DNA from: a virus
Taxonomy: Duplodnaviria > Heunggongvirae > Uroviricota > Caudoviricetes
Reading direction: 5' to 3' (one strand)
Virus record (IMG/VR): IMGVR_UViG_3300042895_002216
DNA length: 64,000 nt
Below the pieces are notes generated by a model that searched no databases, was not told where the DNA came from, and saw only the letters and a list, made by a program, of their open reading frames with translations. The translations under genes and the position numbers were made by a program. Below, one piece after another: positions 55,260-63,708 of this stretch. Position 1 is the stretch's first letter, and the number at the start of each line of letters is the position of its first letter.

Positions 55260-56992
55260 GTAAACTCACACGGGACTTTGAAGAGTTCATAAAAGGTAAA
55301 CATCCGAGCATTGAGTTTAGACCTCAGCAAAAAGAAGCGATAATCGATATTATTTCAGCATACGAAGAAGACCATAATGGAATTTATCTACTTGATGCGC
55401 CGACTGGATCAGGCAAGTCAGTTATCGCAATGTTATTTGCTGATTTTCTTGCATTTAAGGGAAATCGCGGCTATATCTTAGCATCTGACCTCTCTCTTCA
55501 TGAACAATACGTCAAAGATTTTAAAAAGTTGCAGGTATGGAATTGGGGTAATATAAAAGGTGTTGATAACTACCGATGCGTTGTGAACGACGAGAAATTT
55601 TCAGTCGGTGAGTGCAAGAGTAAAGGAACCTCTTATGAAAAGGCTGAATCTCTTCCGTGTTTCAAACAATGTGGCTACTTGACCTCAAGAAAAAAGGCAA
55701 TCAAGTCGCCAGTCTCTCTGTTAACCTATCCATACGCCCTGATTCAACGAAATTACGTTGAGCAAAATCAGCAAGGCAACGGTAAGGGCTCCCCATTTCC
55801 ACAAAGAGATTTTGTAGTATGCGATGAGGCCCATAAGCTACTTGATATTGTACAGAGCCATTTCAGTCCAATCGTTTCGCATGAAATTGTTAAAAAGACT
55901 GAGAGCTTAATTGAAAGCACCGGCGATATTGGCCAAAAGATACCACAAGTGGACACTGAACGATTAGCAAAAGTGATTGATATGATTTACGAACAGGAGG
56001 ATCATGGCAACTTGCTTAAATTACTTAAGGAGGTTACTAGACTCTTGAGCATTGCAGTTCAGGCAACCTCTTCGCTTAGAGAAAATGCATCAATTGAATT
56101 TTTAGAGGGCAGCATTCCATCCGAATGGTTGGCTGTCTTTGGCATGGCGGACTGGTGTAAGGACGTTCACTGTAAACTAGAAGACTATTGTAAAATCATT
56201 GAACAAGTAGGTCTTGAGAAGCTCGTAAAGAATCCTGGCGAAAAGTCAATCACATTCAACTGTATCGATGAGTACTACCTATTACAGAAACACTTCTTTA
56301 CGAAATTTGGATTCAAGTTACTGATGACTGCTACAATGGGCAGTCCCAGCGATTTCATGAGAAATCACGGAATCAAGAAGGCTAAGTACTTTAAGATTGA
56401 AAGTCATTTCAATTGGGAGAAGTCACCTATCATTTTCTATCCAGGTAAAAAAATGTCAACCAGATTCCTACAAGAGAATCTACAATGGGCAATTGATTCA
56501 GTAACCAGAATAGTCAGGGAGAACTCTGAGCACTCCGGAATCATTCATTCAGGTTCTTATGAATTGAATACTAAGATCTGGACAGGTCTTCCCAAAGATG
56601 TTAAGAAACGCATTGTTCTCTATAAAGGATCTGAAGAGAAAGAGATCGCGCTAAAGATAATGAAGAAGAAGAAGGCAATGGTACTGATGGGTCCATCTAT
56701 TCTTGAAGGCTTGAACATGGTTGACGACCAGAGTAGATTCCAAATCTTCTTAAAGGTTCCGTACCCTCATCTCGGCGACAAGTACGTTGCTGCTAAATTG
56801 GAATACAGCCAGCAATGGTACAATTGGAAGACCTCAATCGCTGTCCTGCAAGGAGTAGGCCGCTCAATACGTACACCTGAGGATTGGGCGGTGACTCATC
56901 TACTTGATGGATGTTTCGCAGACCTAATGAAATCCGCAGGTGATCAATTCCCACCTGACTTCAAAGCGAGATTGCGAATAGAGTATAAATAA
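55256..56992 (+). CDS. SF2 DEAH-box helicase, DinG/Rad3-like
   Basis: Walker A LLDAPTGSGKS. DEAH box VVCDEAHKLLD. C-terminal motif VI LQGVGRSIRT. Confidence 0.7.
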   Translation: MSKLTRDFEEFIKGKHPSIEFRPQQKEAIIDIISAYEEDHNGIYLLDAPTGSGKSVIAMLFADFLAFKGNRGYILASDLSLHEQYVKDFKKLQVWNWGNIKGVDNYRCVVNDEKFSVGECKSKGTSYEKAESLPCFKQCGYLTSRKKAIKSPVSLLTYPYALIQRNYVEQNQQGNGKGSPFPQRDFVVCDEAHKLLDIVQSHFSPIVSHEIVKKTESLIESTGDIGQKIPQVDTERLAKVIDMIYEQEDHGNLLKLLKEVTRLLSIAVQATSSLRENASIEFLEGSIPSEWLAVFGMADWCKDVHCKLEDYCKIIEQVGLEKLVKNPGEKSITFNCIDEYYLLQKHFFTKFGFKLLMTATMGSPSDFMRNHGIKKAKYFKIESHFNWEKSPIIFYPGKKMSTRFLQENLQWAIDSVTRIVRENSEHSGIIHSGSYELNTKIWTGLPKDVKKRIVLYKGSEEKEIALKIMKKKKAMVLMGPSILEGLNMVDDQSRFQIFLKVPYPHLGDKYVAAKLEYSQQWYNWKTSIAVLQGVGRSIRTPEDWAVTHLLDGCFADLMKSAGDQFPPDFKARLRIEYK

Positions 56993-56996
56993 CTCT

Positions 56997-57581
56997 ATGA
57001 AACACCTTAAACTATACGAAGAATTTGATCTTGACAGATTCCTAGACAATCCAGAAAAGGAATTAGCTGATGACAATTCACCAGAGATCAATGTAGGAAA
57101 TTACGTTGACTCATACCGAGGTAAAGGCCAAGTGCTTGATATCGATAGCGATTTTGCAAAAGTTGAATTACATAACTCAAAAGGCAATATTGTTAAAGTT
57201 CCAGTTTTTGCTCTAACTAAAATATCTCACGAAGACCTAACTTCAGCCAAGGTCGGAGATTCTCAAGCTGAACTTGCGGAGCTAGTGAGTCAGGCCAGAC
57301 AGTACAATGATTACCTTGACTCAACTGAAGATTATGATAACGAAGATGAAGAGGATGGAGTTTACTCAGCAAGTCAGGTAAATTTCGATACCCTACTAGC
57401 ATATATTCAAGATACAACGATCGATGTTATCTCTATTAAAAATAACGATAGTGCATACGATACCTATTCAGAATATCACGAACTGATTAATTTAGTCGGC
57501 TCAATCGCTGGAGCAATTCAGAGAGCAAGACCGGACTTAATGGATGAAGTTGATGCAGCACTAGACAATTTCCCAGGATAA
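56997..57581 (+). CDS. leader-family acidic protein
   Basis: MKHLKLYEEF leader. TATAAATAAC at 56984-56993. Confidence 0.6.
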   Translation: MKHLKLYEEFDLDRFLDNPEKELADDNSPEINVGNYVDSYRGKGQVLDIDSDFAKVELHNSKGNIVKVPVFALTKISHEDLTSAKVGDSQAELAELVSQARQYNDYLDSTEDYDNEDEEDGVYSASQVNFDTLLAYIQDTTIDVISIKNNDSAYDTYSEYHELINLVGSIAGAIQRARPDLMDEVDAALDNFPG

Positions 57582-58912
57582 TGAGACTTAAACGATTTAC
57601 ACAATTCGTTAATGAAAATACTGATGATGCTGAAGAATTAGCAGCATTAGGTTTTAATTCAAAGATTGACACGGATGAAATTCAAGGATTAATGGCCGAA
57701 TACAACCCAGAGGAGAAGACCGACACGACATTAGGTTTCGATTTGGGATTTGATATGACAGCTGATGATTTAGGACTTGATCCAGAAAGAGCAGAGGCTG
57801 CTGAATTAGATAGCGTGTTCCTTGTTCAGTACTATGTTGATTTCGACTTTGAGACAATGAAATCTAAAGTACAAGTGGCAGTCTTAAATTCTGGGATTGA
57901 TTTTGACGGTGCAGGTAATGCGTATGAAGTTGATTTTAAACTGGATTCAGAAAATCACGATTCTCAAGGAATCGCTGATGAGTTAACTCAGATTTTGCAG
58001 CGAATTGAATACGAAGGCATGTTTGTAGACATGGCAGTCGATATAGTAAATGACATAATCGATAGACGTCTTGGAGAAGTATCAGAAAAGAAGAAACTTA
58101 AATGGCATGATTCTGATGAGCCTAACACAAAAGGAAAATTCATAATTGAGAACTTATCTGATGAAGAAGCTGCAGAACTAAGAGCAATGGGTTTTGGTGG
58201 AGTTGACACTGATGCAATCGCAGAACTAGTCAATGGAGCAACTGCAGAAGATCAAATCGTTATTGTTTCAGGCCAGTTCAATCAATCTATAGATGATTAC
58301 GGAATAGATTCATCCGAATATCCGGATATAGAAAGAGACGTATGGACTGATTTTGAAGTCAGAATAAACTTTATCGATGAAACTGTTAAGTCGTCAGTTA
58401 GTGTCGCACAAAAAGATATCGGACTTTACGAAGATGCTGAACTTGAAGACTATGAATGGTCTGACCTATTCCAAAATGGAGATCCAGTTTCAATGAAGTC
58501 TAATGAGATAGCTGAAGATATTGAACTCTTTATGAGTGCCGTAACTGGTTTCGAAGACTCGCTTGGAATGTACGACAAAATTCAAGATCTTTTAAATAAG
58601 GCAATTGAGGAACAGTATCACAGATGGGATGACGAAGAAGATGATGAAGCTGATGAAGATGAAATTTCAGAAAAGAAAAAACTTAAATGGCACGATTCTG
58701 ATGCACCTGATGCAAATGGAAAATTCAGAGACCTTGGAGTTAATAAATTAGCGGATTGGTTAATCAGAACAAGAGGTGGTAACATGCAAAAGATTACTGG
58801 ATCGCTAAATCAACAAATTAATTTTAACAAGCGAAAAAATCCAAGTTATGCCAAGAAAATGGAGTCGACTCGGGAAGCAGTTAAAAGAAAATTAGCAAAA
58901 AGAAAAGAATAA
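57581..58912 (+). CDS. leader-family large acidic protein
   Basis: MRLKRFTQFVNEN leader. 443 aa, extremely D/E-rich with an internal duplicated EKKKLKWHDSD motif. Confidence 0.6.
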   Translation: MRLKRFTQFVNENTDDAEELAALGFNSKIDTDEIQGLMAEYNPEEKTDTTLGFDLGFDMTADDLGLDPERAEAAELDSVFLVQYYVDFDFETMKSKVQVAVLNSGIDFDGAGNAYEVDFKLDSENHDSQGIADELTQILQRIEYEGMFVDMAVDIVNDIIDRRLGEVSEKKKLKWHDSDEPNTKGKFIIENLSDEEAAELRAMGFGGVDTDAIAELVNGATAEDQIVIVSGQFNQSIDDYGIDSSEYPDIERDVWTDFEVRINFIDETVKSSVSVAQKDIGLYEDAELEDYEWSDLFQNGDPVSMKSNEIAEDIELFMSAVTGFEDSLGMYDKIQDLLNKAIEEQYHRWDDEEDDEADEDEISEKKKLKWHDSDAPDANGKFRDLGVNKLADWLIRTRGGNMQKITGSLNQQINFNKRKNPSYAKKMESTREAVKRKLAKRKE

Positions 58913-58949
58913 ATAAAACCAATTAGAAATATTGTAGTATATTATTAAC

Positions 58950-59021
58950 ATGAAAACATTATCCTTACATTCACTTTGTTTACGTTCGTTGAGATTAAGT
59001 CTCGATGTGTCTAGGCCGTGA
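58950..59021 (+). CDS. 23-codon leader ORF upstream of second tRNA island (MKTLSLHSLCLRSLRLSLDVSRP)
   Basis: Follows the TAGTATATTAT motif at 58935-58945 by about 5 nt. Rich in Leu/Ser/Arg/His/Cys codons that match the downstream Cys, Ser, His, Leu, Leu, Ser, Arg and Arg tRNAs. Ends 26 nt before the terminator. Confidence 0.35.
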   Translation: MKTLSLHSLCLRSLRLSLDVSRP

Positions 59022-59046
59022 TGTAAGATAAGAAAACTTCTACTGA

Positions 59047-59078
59047 AAAGGCTTAGACTAACGTTTAAGCCTTTTTTG
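59047..59078 (+). terminator. intrinsic terminator between leader ORF and tRNA-Cys
   Basis: AAGGCTTA-gactaacgtt-TAAGCCTT followed by TTTTTT. Confidence 0.6.
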
Positions 59079-59083
59079 TTTTT

Positions 59084-59153
59084 GGTCAGTTTGGTCGTGG
59101 AGGCCGTCAGGTCTGCAAAATCTGAGGAGTTGGTTCGATTCCAACATTGACCT
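59084..59153 (+). tRNA. tRNA-Cys (GCA)
   Basis: Anticodon arm CAGGT-CTGCAAA-ATCTG. T-arm GTTGGTTCGATTCCAAC. Confidence 0.75.
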
Positions 59154-59161
59154 CAAAAACT

Positions 59162-59245
59162 GGAAGAGTAATTCAGCTGGCGCTGGACCTAGTCTTGAAA
59201 ACTAGTGGTACCTTCGGGTATGGGGATCGATACCTCACTCTTCCG
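59162..59245 (+). tRNA. tRNA-Ser (TGA), class II, unusual T-loop
   Basis: Acceptor GGAAGAG/CTCTTCC. Anticodon arm CTAGT-CTTGAAA-ACTAG. Variable hairpin TACC-TTCG-GGTA. T-loop ATCGATA is non-canonical. Confidence 0.65.
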
Positions 59246-59260
59246 CTCGTTCTTTTACAT

Positions 59261-59338
59261 GGTAGACGTAGCTCAGTTGGTTAGAGCGCCTGATTGTGGT
59301 TCAGGAGGTCGTCGGTTCGATCCCGATCGTTTACCCCA
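59261..59338 (+). tRNA. tRNA-His (GTG) with encoded G-1 and C73, CCA encoded
   Basis: The extra 5' G pairs opposite discriminator C. Anticodon arm CCTGA-TTGTGGT-TCAGG. Confidence 0.85.
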
Positions 59339-59341
59339 ACT

Positions 59342-59417
59342 GCCTCTGTGGGTAAACTGGTAAAGCCGCTTGACTTAGGATCAAGAGATTTTGTGGGTTC
59401 GAATCCCACCAGAGGTA
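59342..59417 (+). tRNA. tRNA-Leu-like (TAG) with short variable region
   Basis: Anticodon arm CTTGA-CTTAGGA-TCAAG. Discriminator A. Variable region only ~7 nt. Confidence 0.55.
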
Positions 59418-59424
59418 CAAAAAT

Positions 59425-59505
59425 GCTCCCGTGGTGAAACTGGTAAACACGCTCGGCTTAAGATCGAGTGCGCAATGCTTGTGGGTTCGAGTCCCACCGG
59501 GAGTA
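59425..59505 (+). tRNA. tRNA-Leu (TAA), class II
   Basis: Anticodon arm CTCGG-CTTAAGA-TCGAG. 12-nt variable arm. T-arm GTGGGTTCGAGTCCCAC. Confidence 0.75.
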
Positions 59506-59510
59506 CTAAT

Positions 59511-59598
59511 GGAGAGTGAAGCAACAAGGTGTTGTCGCCGCCTGCTAAGCGAGCGGTTCCCGAAAGGGAATGGGGATCGAGACCTCCACTCTCCGCCA
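59511..59598 (+). tRNA. tRNA-Ser-like (GCT), class II, CCA encoded
   Basis: Acceptor GGAGAGT/ACTCTCC. Loop CTGCTAA with a weak anticodon stem. Variable hairpin TTCCC-GAAA-GGGAA. Same unusual T-loop (ATCGAGA) as 59162. Confidence 0.55.
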
Positions 59599-59599
59599 T

Positions 59600-59673
59600 A
59601 GTCCAGTAGCTCAGTGGAATAGAGCAACCGCCTTCTAAGCGGTAGGTCGCAGGTTCGAGTCCTGCCTGGATTA
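59600..59673 (+). tRNA. tRNA-Arg (TCT)
   Basis: Anticodon arm ACCGC-CTTCTAA-GCGGT. T-arm GCAGGTTCGAGTCCTGC. Confidence 0.8.
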
Positions 59674-59697
59674 CAAATTATTTAGTACAATATAGCT

Positions 59698-59928
59698 ATG
59701 GAAGAAATAACAAACGCAGAAAGAGAATTCATGTTCTATAAGATTGGAACAGCTGGATCGTTTCACACAGCCTTGATTCAGACAATTATGAAGGCTGATA
59801 TTCGTAATCAGGCTAAGCTTGCACTAGGTTTTCCCGAAGATGTTCAAGTGGTTCAACGTTTTCAAAACGAAAGTGGCTACTGGGAAGGTCTGCAAGAGCG
59901 CTGGAAAGCTGCACATAACCGAAACTAA
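59698..59928 (+). CDS. hypothetical protein
   Basis: 76-aa ORF between tRNA genes. Confidence 0.4.
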   Translation: MEEITNAEREFMFYKIGTAGSFHTALIQTIMKADIRNQAKLALGFPEDVQVVQRFQNESGYWEGLQERWKAAHNRN

Positions 59929-59937
59929 TTAGTACCT

Positions 59938-60010
59938 GCCCCGGTAGTTCAATGGATCAGAACACACGGCTACGGACCGTGAGATGGGGGTTCGAATCCC
60001 TCCTGGGGTA
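59938..60010 (+). tRNA. tRNA-Arg (ACG)
   Basis: Anticodon arm CACGG-CTACGGA-CCGTG. T-arm GGGGGTTCGAATCCCTC. Confidence 0.8.
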
Positions 60011-60025
60011 CTTAACTTAATCAAC

Positions 60026-60238
60026 ATGGCAAATTTAAAAAAGGGTAATATCATAGTCTTTTCTAGAAAGGACAAACCTAATGAAACTATAATTAAGGGC
60101 TCAAGCGATCCAATTAATGGAATGGTCACTACCGACAAGCAGGAATACTCAGTAGATTTCCTTAATCGATGGGTCCATTTTGGTTTCTGTAGAGTATTTA
60201 AACCTGCAGATCTGCCTTCAGAATACGTAGGGAAGTAG
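60026..60238 (+). CDS. hypothetical protein
   Basis: Start trimmed to MANLKKG so it does not overlap tRNA-Arg. Confidence 0.4.
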   Translation: MANLKKGNIIVFSRKDKPNETIIKGSSDPINGMVTTDKQEYSVDFLNRWVHFGFCRVFKPADLPSEYVGK

Positions 60239-60277
60239 TCGAGTCGTATAAATAAACTTCAAATAGAATGATTAATT

Positions 60278-61174
60278 TTGAAGTTACTTAAATTTACACA
60301 ATTCATAACTGAAGCCCGAATCTCTTCTCACGGAGAGGGTCGTATAGATCAACGAATCTATAATCTAGAGTCAATTAACTTACCTAAGCCAGCGAGACAA
60401 TTTATTCGAGAAGCTGGATTTGAAATAAACGAAGTCTACTCTCAACTCATTGATGCTATTAAATCTGAATTTAAAAAGAGCCAAGACCATATTGAGAGAA
60501 CTCAATTTCCATCAGGCCATAAAGCCCTACCAGTAGTTGCACCATTCTTAAAGATAGAGGGTACCTCTTATCCAGTAACAATGTCTGTAAAATCATTTAG
60601 TGGAGAGATTGAAAAAATTCACATCGGCGAGCGAGTTTTCGCCTATATTTCAGATGATGTTCTTACAACAATCAAGGTGCTCCCTCACAGAATGTCTCAT
60701 AAAGATATTCAAATGGATTTGGAAAATCATCTTTCTAGAAAGGGTAAAACTGGATCAGTTACCGTATATGAATTACCAGAAGAGACAGTAAATAGCGTAT
60801 TTGAACTTACAGAAGACGGTCAAGTAATCCCAGAAAGAAGAGCTGCCTATACTCCAGCAGTTATTAGCGGAGAACAACAATACTCAGTCGCAGCTGGTAG
60901 AAAAATTAAGGTGTTTATTCCATTCCTAAAAGAGTTCACTGAATGCACAATTGATGGTGTCCTAAACCGTGATTCTTTTAGAGAAGACCGATTCTTGAAA
61001 TTGGGAATTATTTTACCGGATGGCAGAAAGATTGCCAAAACTCTAAATCCTGGAGATACAGTCGAGCTCCCAATTGGAGAAAATGGGGACTGGGTAAAGA
61101 CAAAAATCGCAGATTCACTTTACGTATACGATAAGAGAACTGCTGAACCTATTTCACTTAAAGCAATCGCTTAA
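60278..61174 (+). CDS. leader-family protein (apparent TTG start)
   Basis: KLLKFTQFITEAR leader begins at a TTG codon. TATAAATAAAC at 60247-60257. Confidence 0.5.
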   Translation: MKLLKFTQFITEARISSHGEGRIDQRIYNLESINLPKPARQFIREAGFEINEVYSQLIDAIKSEFKKSQDHIERTQFPSGHKALPVVAPFLKIEGTSYPVTMSVKSFSGEIEKIHIGERVFAYISDDVLTTIKVLPHRMSHKDIQMDLENHLSRKGKTGSVTVYELPEETVNSVFELTEDGQVIPERRAAYTPAVISGEQQYSVAAGRKIKVFIPFLKEFTECTIDGVLNRDSFREDRFLKLGIILPDGRKIAKTLNPGDTVELPIGENGDWVKTKIADSLYVYDKRTAEPISLKAIA

Positions 61175-61313
61175 TCTTCTCGAGAAACTTTCTAAATTTT
61201 CTGAGTTAAATATTACTGGAACATAGAGCCTCGCTCTGTTCGTCTAGGGTTTACGAGCCCTTGAGTAATCGCGAAAGGTTACAAATAGATGAGCAAAAAA
61301 TAACATAACTACT

Positions 61314-62120
61314 ATGTACCAACAAACAATCACAACTGGTGGTTCAACTGCAGTATTTAATACTTTCAGCAGCCAACCCCAACCTACTGCCCACATAACA
61401 AAGGGCAGGGGAAGACTAAAGACCTACGGTCAGTCAGTCTATCTAAAAGACAGTTCACATTTTGAAATTGAACTGCACAATCCAAAAACAACACCAGTTC
61501 TTGCAAAAATCTGGATAAATGGGAAACTGTTATCGAATGCAGGAATTATCGTGAAACCAGGCCAGAGAGTCTATCTTGAAAGATTTATGGATGTTGCTAA
61601 AAAATTCAAGTTTGAAACTTACGACGTTGATACGTCAACTGGAACTGTTCGAGCAATCGCCGATAACGGCAAGGTCGAAGTACAGTTCTATGATGAATCG
61701 TCTTATCAGCTAAACGGCAATTCAGGTACGAATATTTGGCAACAGCCATTTACGTACACGACTCACCAGTGGCCAGGTCATACGCTAACTTCTAATATTG
61801 GAGGTTCAGCTAATGCATTTTACTGCGCAAGTTCGCTAGGTCCACAAGGTTCAAACGGCCCTCAAGGTCCAGCCGGAATACCGGGGTCGATGGAAACGGG
61901 TCGAATTGAAAAGGGCGAAAGCTCTAGTCAAAACTTCGAATATGCAGACGGCCAATACAATTCATGGAGCTGTACAACCGTCAGGTGGCAGATTCTACCG
62001 GAAAGTAAAAAACCTGTTGAAATGGGAGAAATTCGCTCTTATTGCACAGGTTGCGGTACTCGCCACAAAAAATCAAGTTGGAAATTCTGCCCTAATTGCG
62101 GAACCTCCATAACTGAGTAA
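61314..62120 (+). CDS. hypothetical protein with Gly-X-Y repeat and C-terminal zinc ribbon
   Basis: GPQGSNGPQGPAGIPG collagen-like stretch. C-terminal CTGCGTRHKKSSWKFCPNCG zinc ribbon. Confidence 0.5.
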   Translation: MYQQTITTGGSTAVFNTFSSQPQPTAHITKGRGRLKTYGQSVYLKDSSHFEIELHNPKTTPVLAKIWINGKLLSNAGIIVKPGQRVYLERFMDVAKKFKFETYDVDTSTGTVRAIADNGKVEVQFYDESSYQLNGNSGTNIWQQPFTYTTHQWPGHTLTSNIGGSANAFYCASSLGPQGSNGPQGPAGIPGSMETGRIEKGESSSQNFEYADGQYNSWSCTTVRWQILPESKKPVEMGEIRSYCTGCGTRHKKSSWKFCPNCGTSITE

Positions 62121-62188
62121 CATTAGTCCTGAGCGGGGCTCTAAATGTTCCAGTTATACAGATAAATAAACTCAAATTATTCAAACAA

Positions 62189-62485
62189 ATGCATAATAAT
62201 AAAATTTTAAGTTTCGAAGAATTCGTTCAACAAGGAACAGGCGAAATGGGTCAGGAAATGGGCCACGAAATGGACCATACTGCTGAAATGCCACAGGGCG
62301 GAGAAGATCAAGCACTATTACCAGCACCAGCTGAAGAAGTAGAAGGCGGAGAAACTGAACACAACGTTCCAAACCACATGCAAGATGATTCAGAAGAAGG
62401 AACTTCTGACAATGAACCTAATATTGAAGTTGAAACATCAGCTAACGATATTGAAGCACACACCGACGAAAACGGCGGATTCTAA
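62189..62485 (+). CDS. small acidic protein with leader-like N-terminus
   Basis: MHNNKILSFEEFVQQG. ATAAATAAAC at 62162-62171. Confidence 0.45.
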   Translation: MHNNKILSFEEFVQQGTGEMGQEMGHEMDHTAEMPQGGEDQALLPAPAEEVEGGETEHNVPNHMQDDSEEGTSDNEPNIEVETSANDIEAHTDENGGF

Positions 62486-62506
62486 AAAACTTTTCTTGCT
62501 AATCAA

Positions 62507-62899
62507 ATGAGCGGTAGAACTAGAAATAACCAAGATGTCGATACTATGATGAACGACATACTTGATGCGCTCGACGTAATCAAGGCCAAATTGCCAAATG
62601 GCGAACTTAAGATAATTCAAGAGAGAATGGAAGGTTTAGAATCTTCCCAAGAGGACATGCACGAAGATCTGAGACAGATCAAAAAGCAGCTGCTTGATCC
62701 TGAAGACGGTATTGTCGTTAGAGTAAATAAGAACACTGAATTTCGTAAAAGGAAGGAAGAGGAGGCTAGAATTTATCAAGTAATATTGGATGAACATAAG
62801 GAGCTTATGTCATGGAAATCTACTGTAACTAAAATACTATGGATTATAGTAACGGCAGTTGTCGGAATTGCAGTGGGTATGATTTTTAAGTCAAATTAA
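62507..62899 (+). CDS. C-terminally TM-anchored protein
   Basis: Coiled N-terminal part and a C-terminal TM helix ILWIIVTAVVGIAVGMIF. Confidence 0.5.
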   Translation: MSGRTRNNQDVDTMMNDILDALDVIKAKLPNGELKIIQERMEGLESSQEDMHEDLRQIKKQLLDPEDGIVVRVNKNTEFRKRKEEEARIYQVILDEHKELMSWKSTVTKILWIIVTAVVGIAVGMIFKSN

Positions 62900-62922
62900 C
62901 GATTCATCATTTTTTTTTTTTG

Positions 62923-62949
62923 AAGTCTCACTTTTGTGGGACTTTTTTT
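62923..62949 (+). terminator. intrinsic terminator
   Basis: AAGTCTCAC-tttt-GTGGGACTTTTTTTG. TAGTATATTAT follows at 62958-62968. Confidence 0.6.
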
Positions 62950-62992
62950 GTTTTTATTAGTATATTATAAGTAATAAACAAAAAATATACTT

Positions 62993-63265
62993 ATGGCAAC
63001 ATTCGAAGTAGACGTAGACGTTTCTGATATCTTATCGGAATTATCATCTCGTGAAAAGCGAGAAATGTACGAAGATTTAAAAGAAGAACTTGAAGAGGAC
63101 GATGTTTCAAAAAATCCTGAGGATCTATTTAACAGCGGCACCTCCTACATGGAACAGGAAATTGGAAAGGCTTTGGCTTGGATGTGGGAATACCGCAATA
63201 TGCTGACGACCTCTCAAAGAAACCGAATCCTAGCAATCACAAAAGAAAACTTCGTTGAGCAATGA
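62993..63265 (+). CDS. small acidic protein
   Basis: 90 aa, D/E-rich. Confidence 0.45.
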   Translation: MATFEVDVDVSDILSELSSREKREMYEDLKEELEEDDVSKNPEDLFNSGTSYMEQEIGKALAWMWEYRNMLTTSQRNRILAITKENFVEQ

Positions 63266-63507
63266 AATACTACACTAGTCTCTTAATCGTGGCTTTGTTG
63301 GTAACAAGCTGCGGTTATAACAAACCGGAACCAATTCGAATTGAAAAGTACAAGGTGGTACGTACCTTTAAAAAGACCCCAATATCAATTCACGATGAAA
63401 TGTCTCCACGATATAGAGCAGTATTGACGAATGGAGATACGGTTGCATGCAGAGAACACTGCAAGGCTGGAGACACAATAACATTTGAATATTATGGGAC
63501 TAGATAA
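63262..63507 (+). CDS. small lipoprotein
   Basis: LLIVALLVTSC lipobox. ATGA-coupled. Confidence 0.45.
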   Translation: MKYYTSLLIVALLVTSCGYNKPEPIRIEKYKVVRTFKKTPISIHDEMSPRYRAVLTNGDTVACREHCKAGDTITFEYYGTR

Positions 63508-63706
63508 AATAGACTACAAAGAAGACTTGTATGAGGCAGTGCTTATTAAGCAAGCATACGACTTCATGAGTTCAGGCAAAGAAAATATAATAGTCTTTTT
63601 TGAAGAGAATTGCAACGGCCCAATTTTCCAGGAAATGGTAAGATTAAATGGAGCAAAGAGCGTTATCAACGACTTAGTAGACACAATTAACAATTTAAAC
63701 TCGTAA
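63485..63706 (+). CDS. hypothetical protein
   Basis: 73 aa. Confidence 0.4.
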   Translation: MNIMGLDKIDYKEDLYEAVLIKQAYDFMSSGKENIIVFFEENCNGPIFQEMVRLNGAKSVINDLVDTINNLNS

Positions 63707-63708
63707 AC

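Noticed and set aside
59331-60138. ORFs 59331-59627(-), 59381-59599(-), 59929-60138(-) and the 5' part of 59984-60238(+).
   Set aside because: They overlap the tRNA genes at 59342-59673 and 59938-60010. The plus-strand ORF was trimmed to an internal Met so it no longer overlaps tRNA-Arg.
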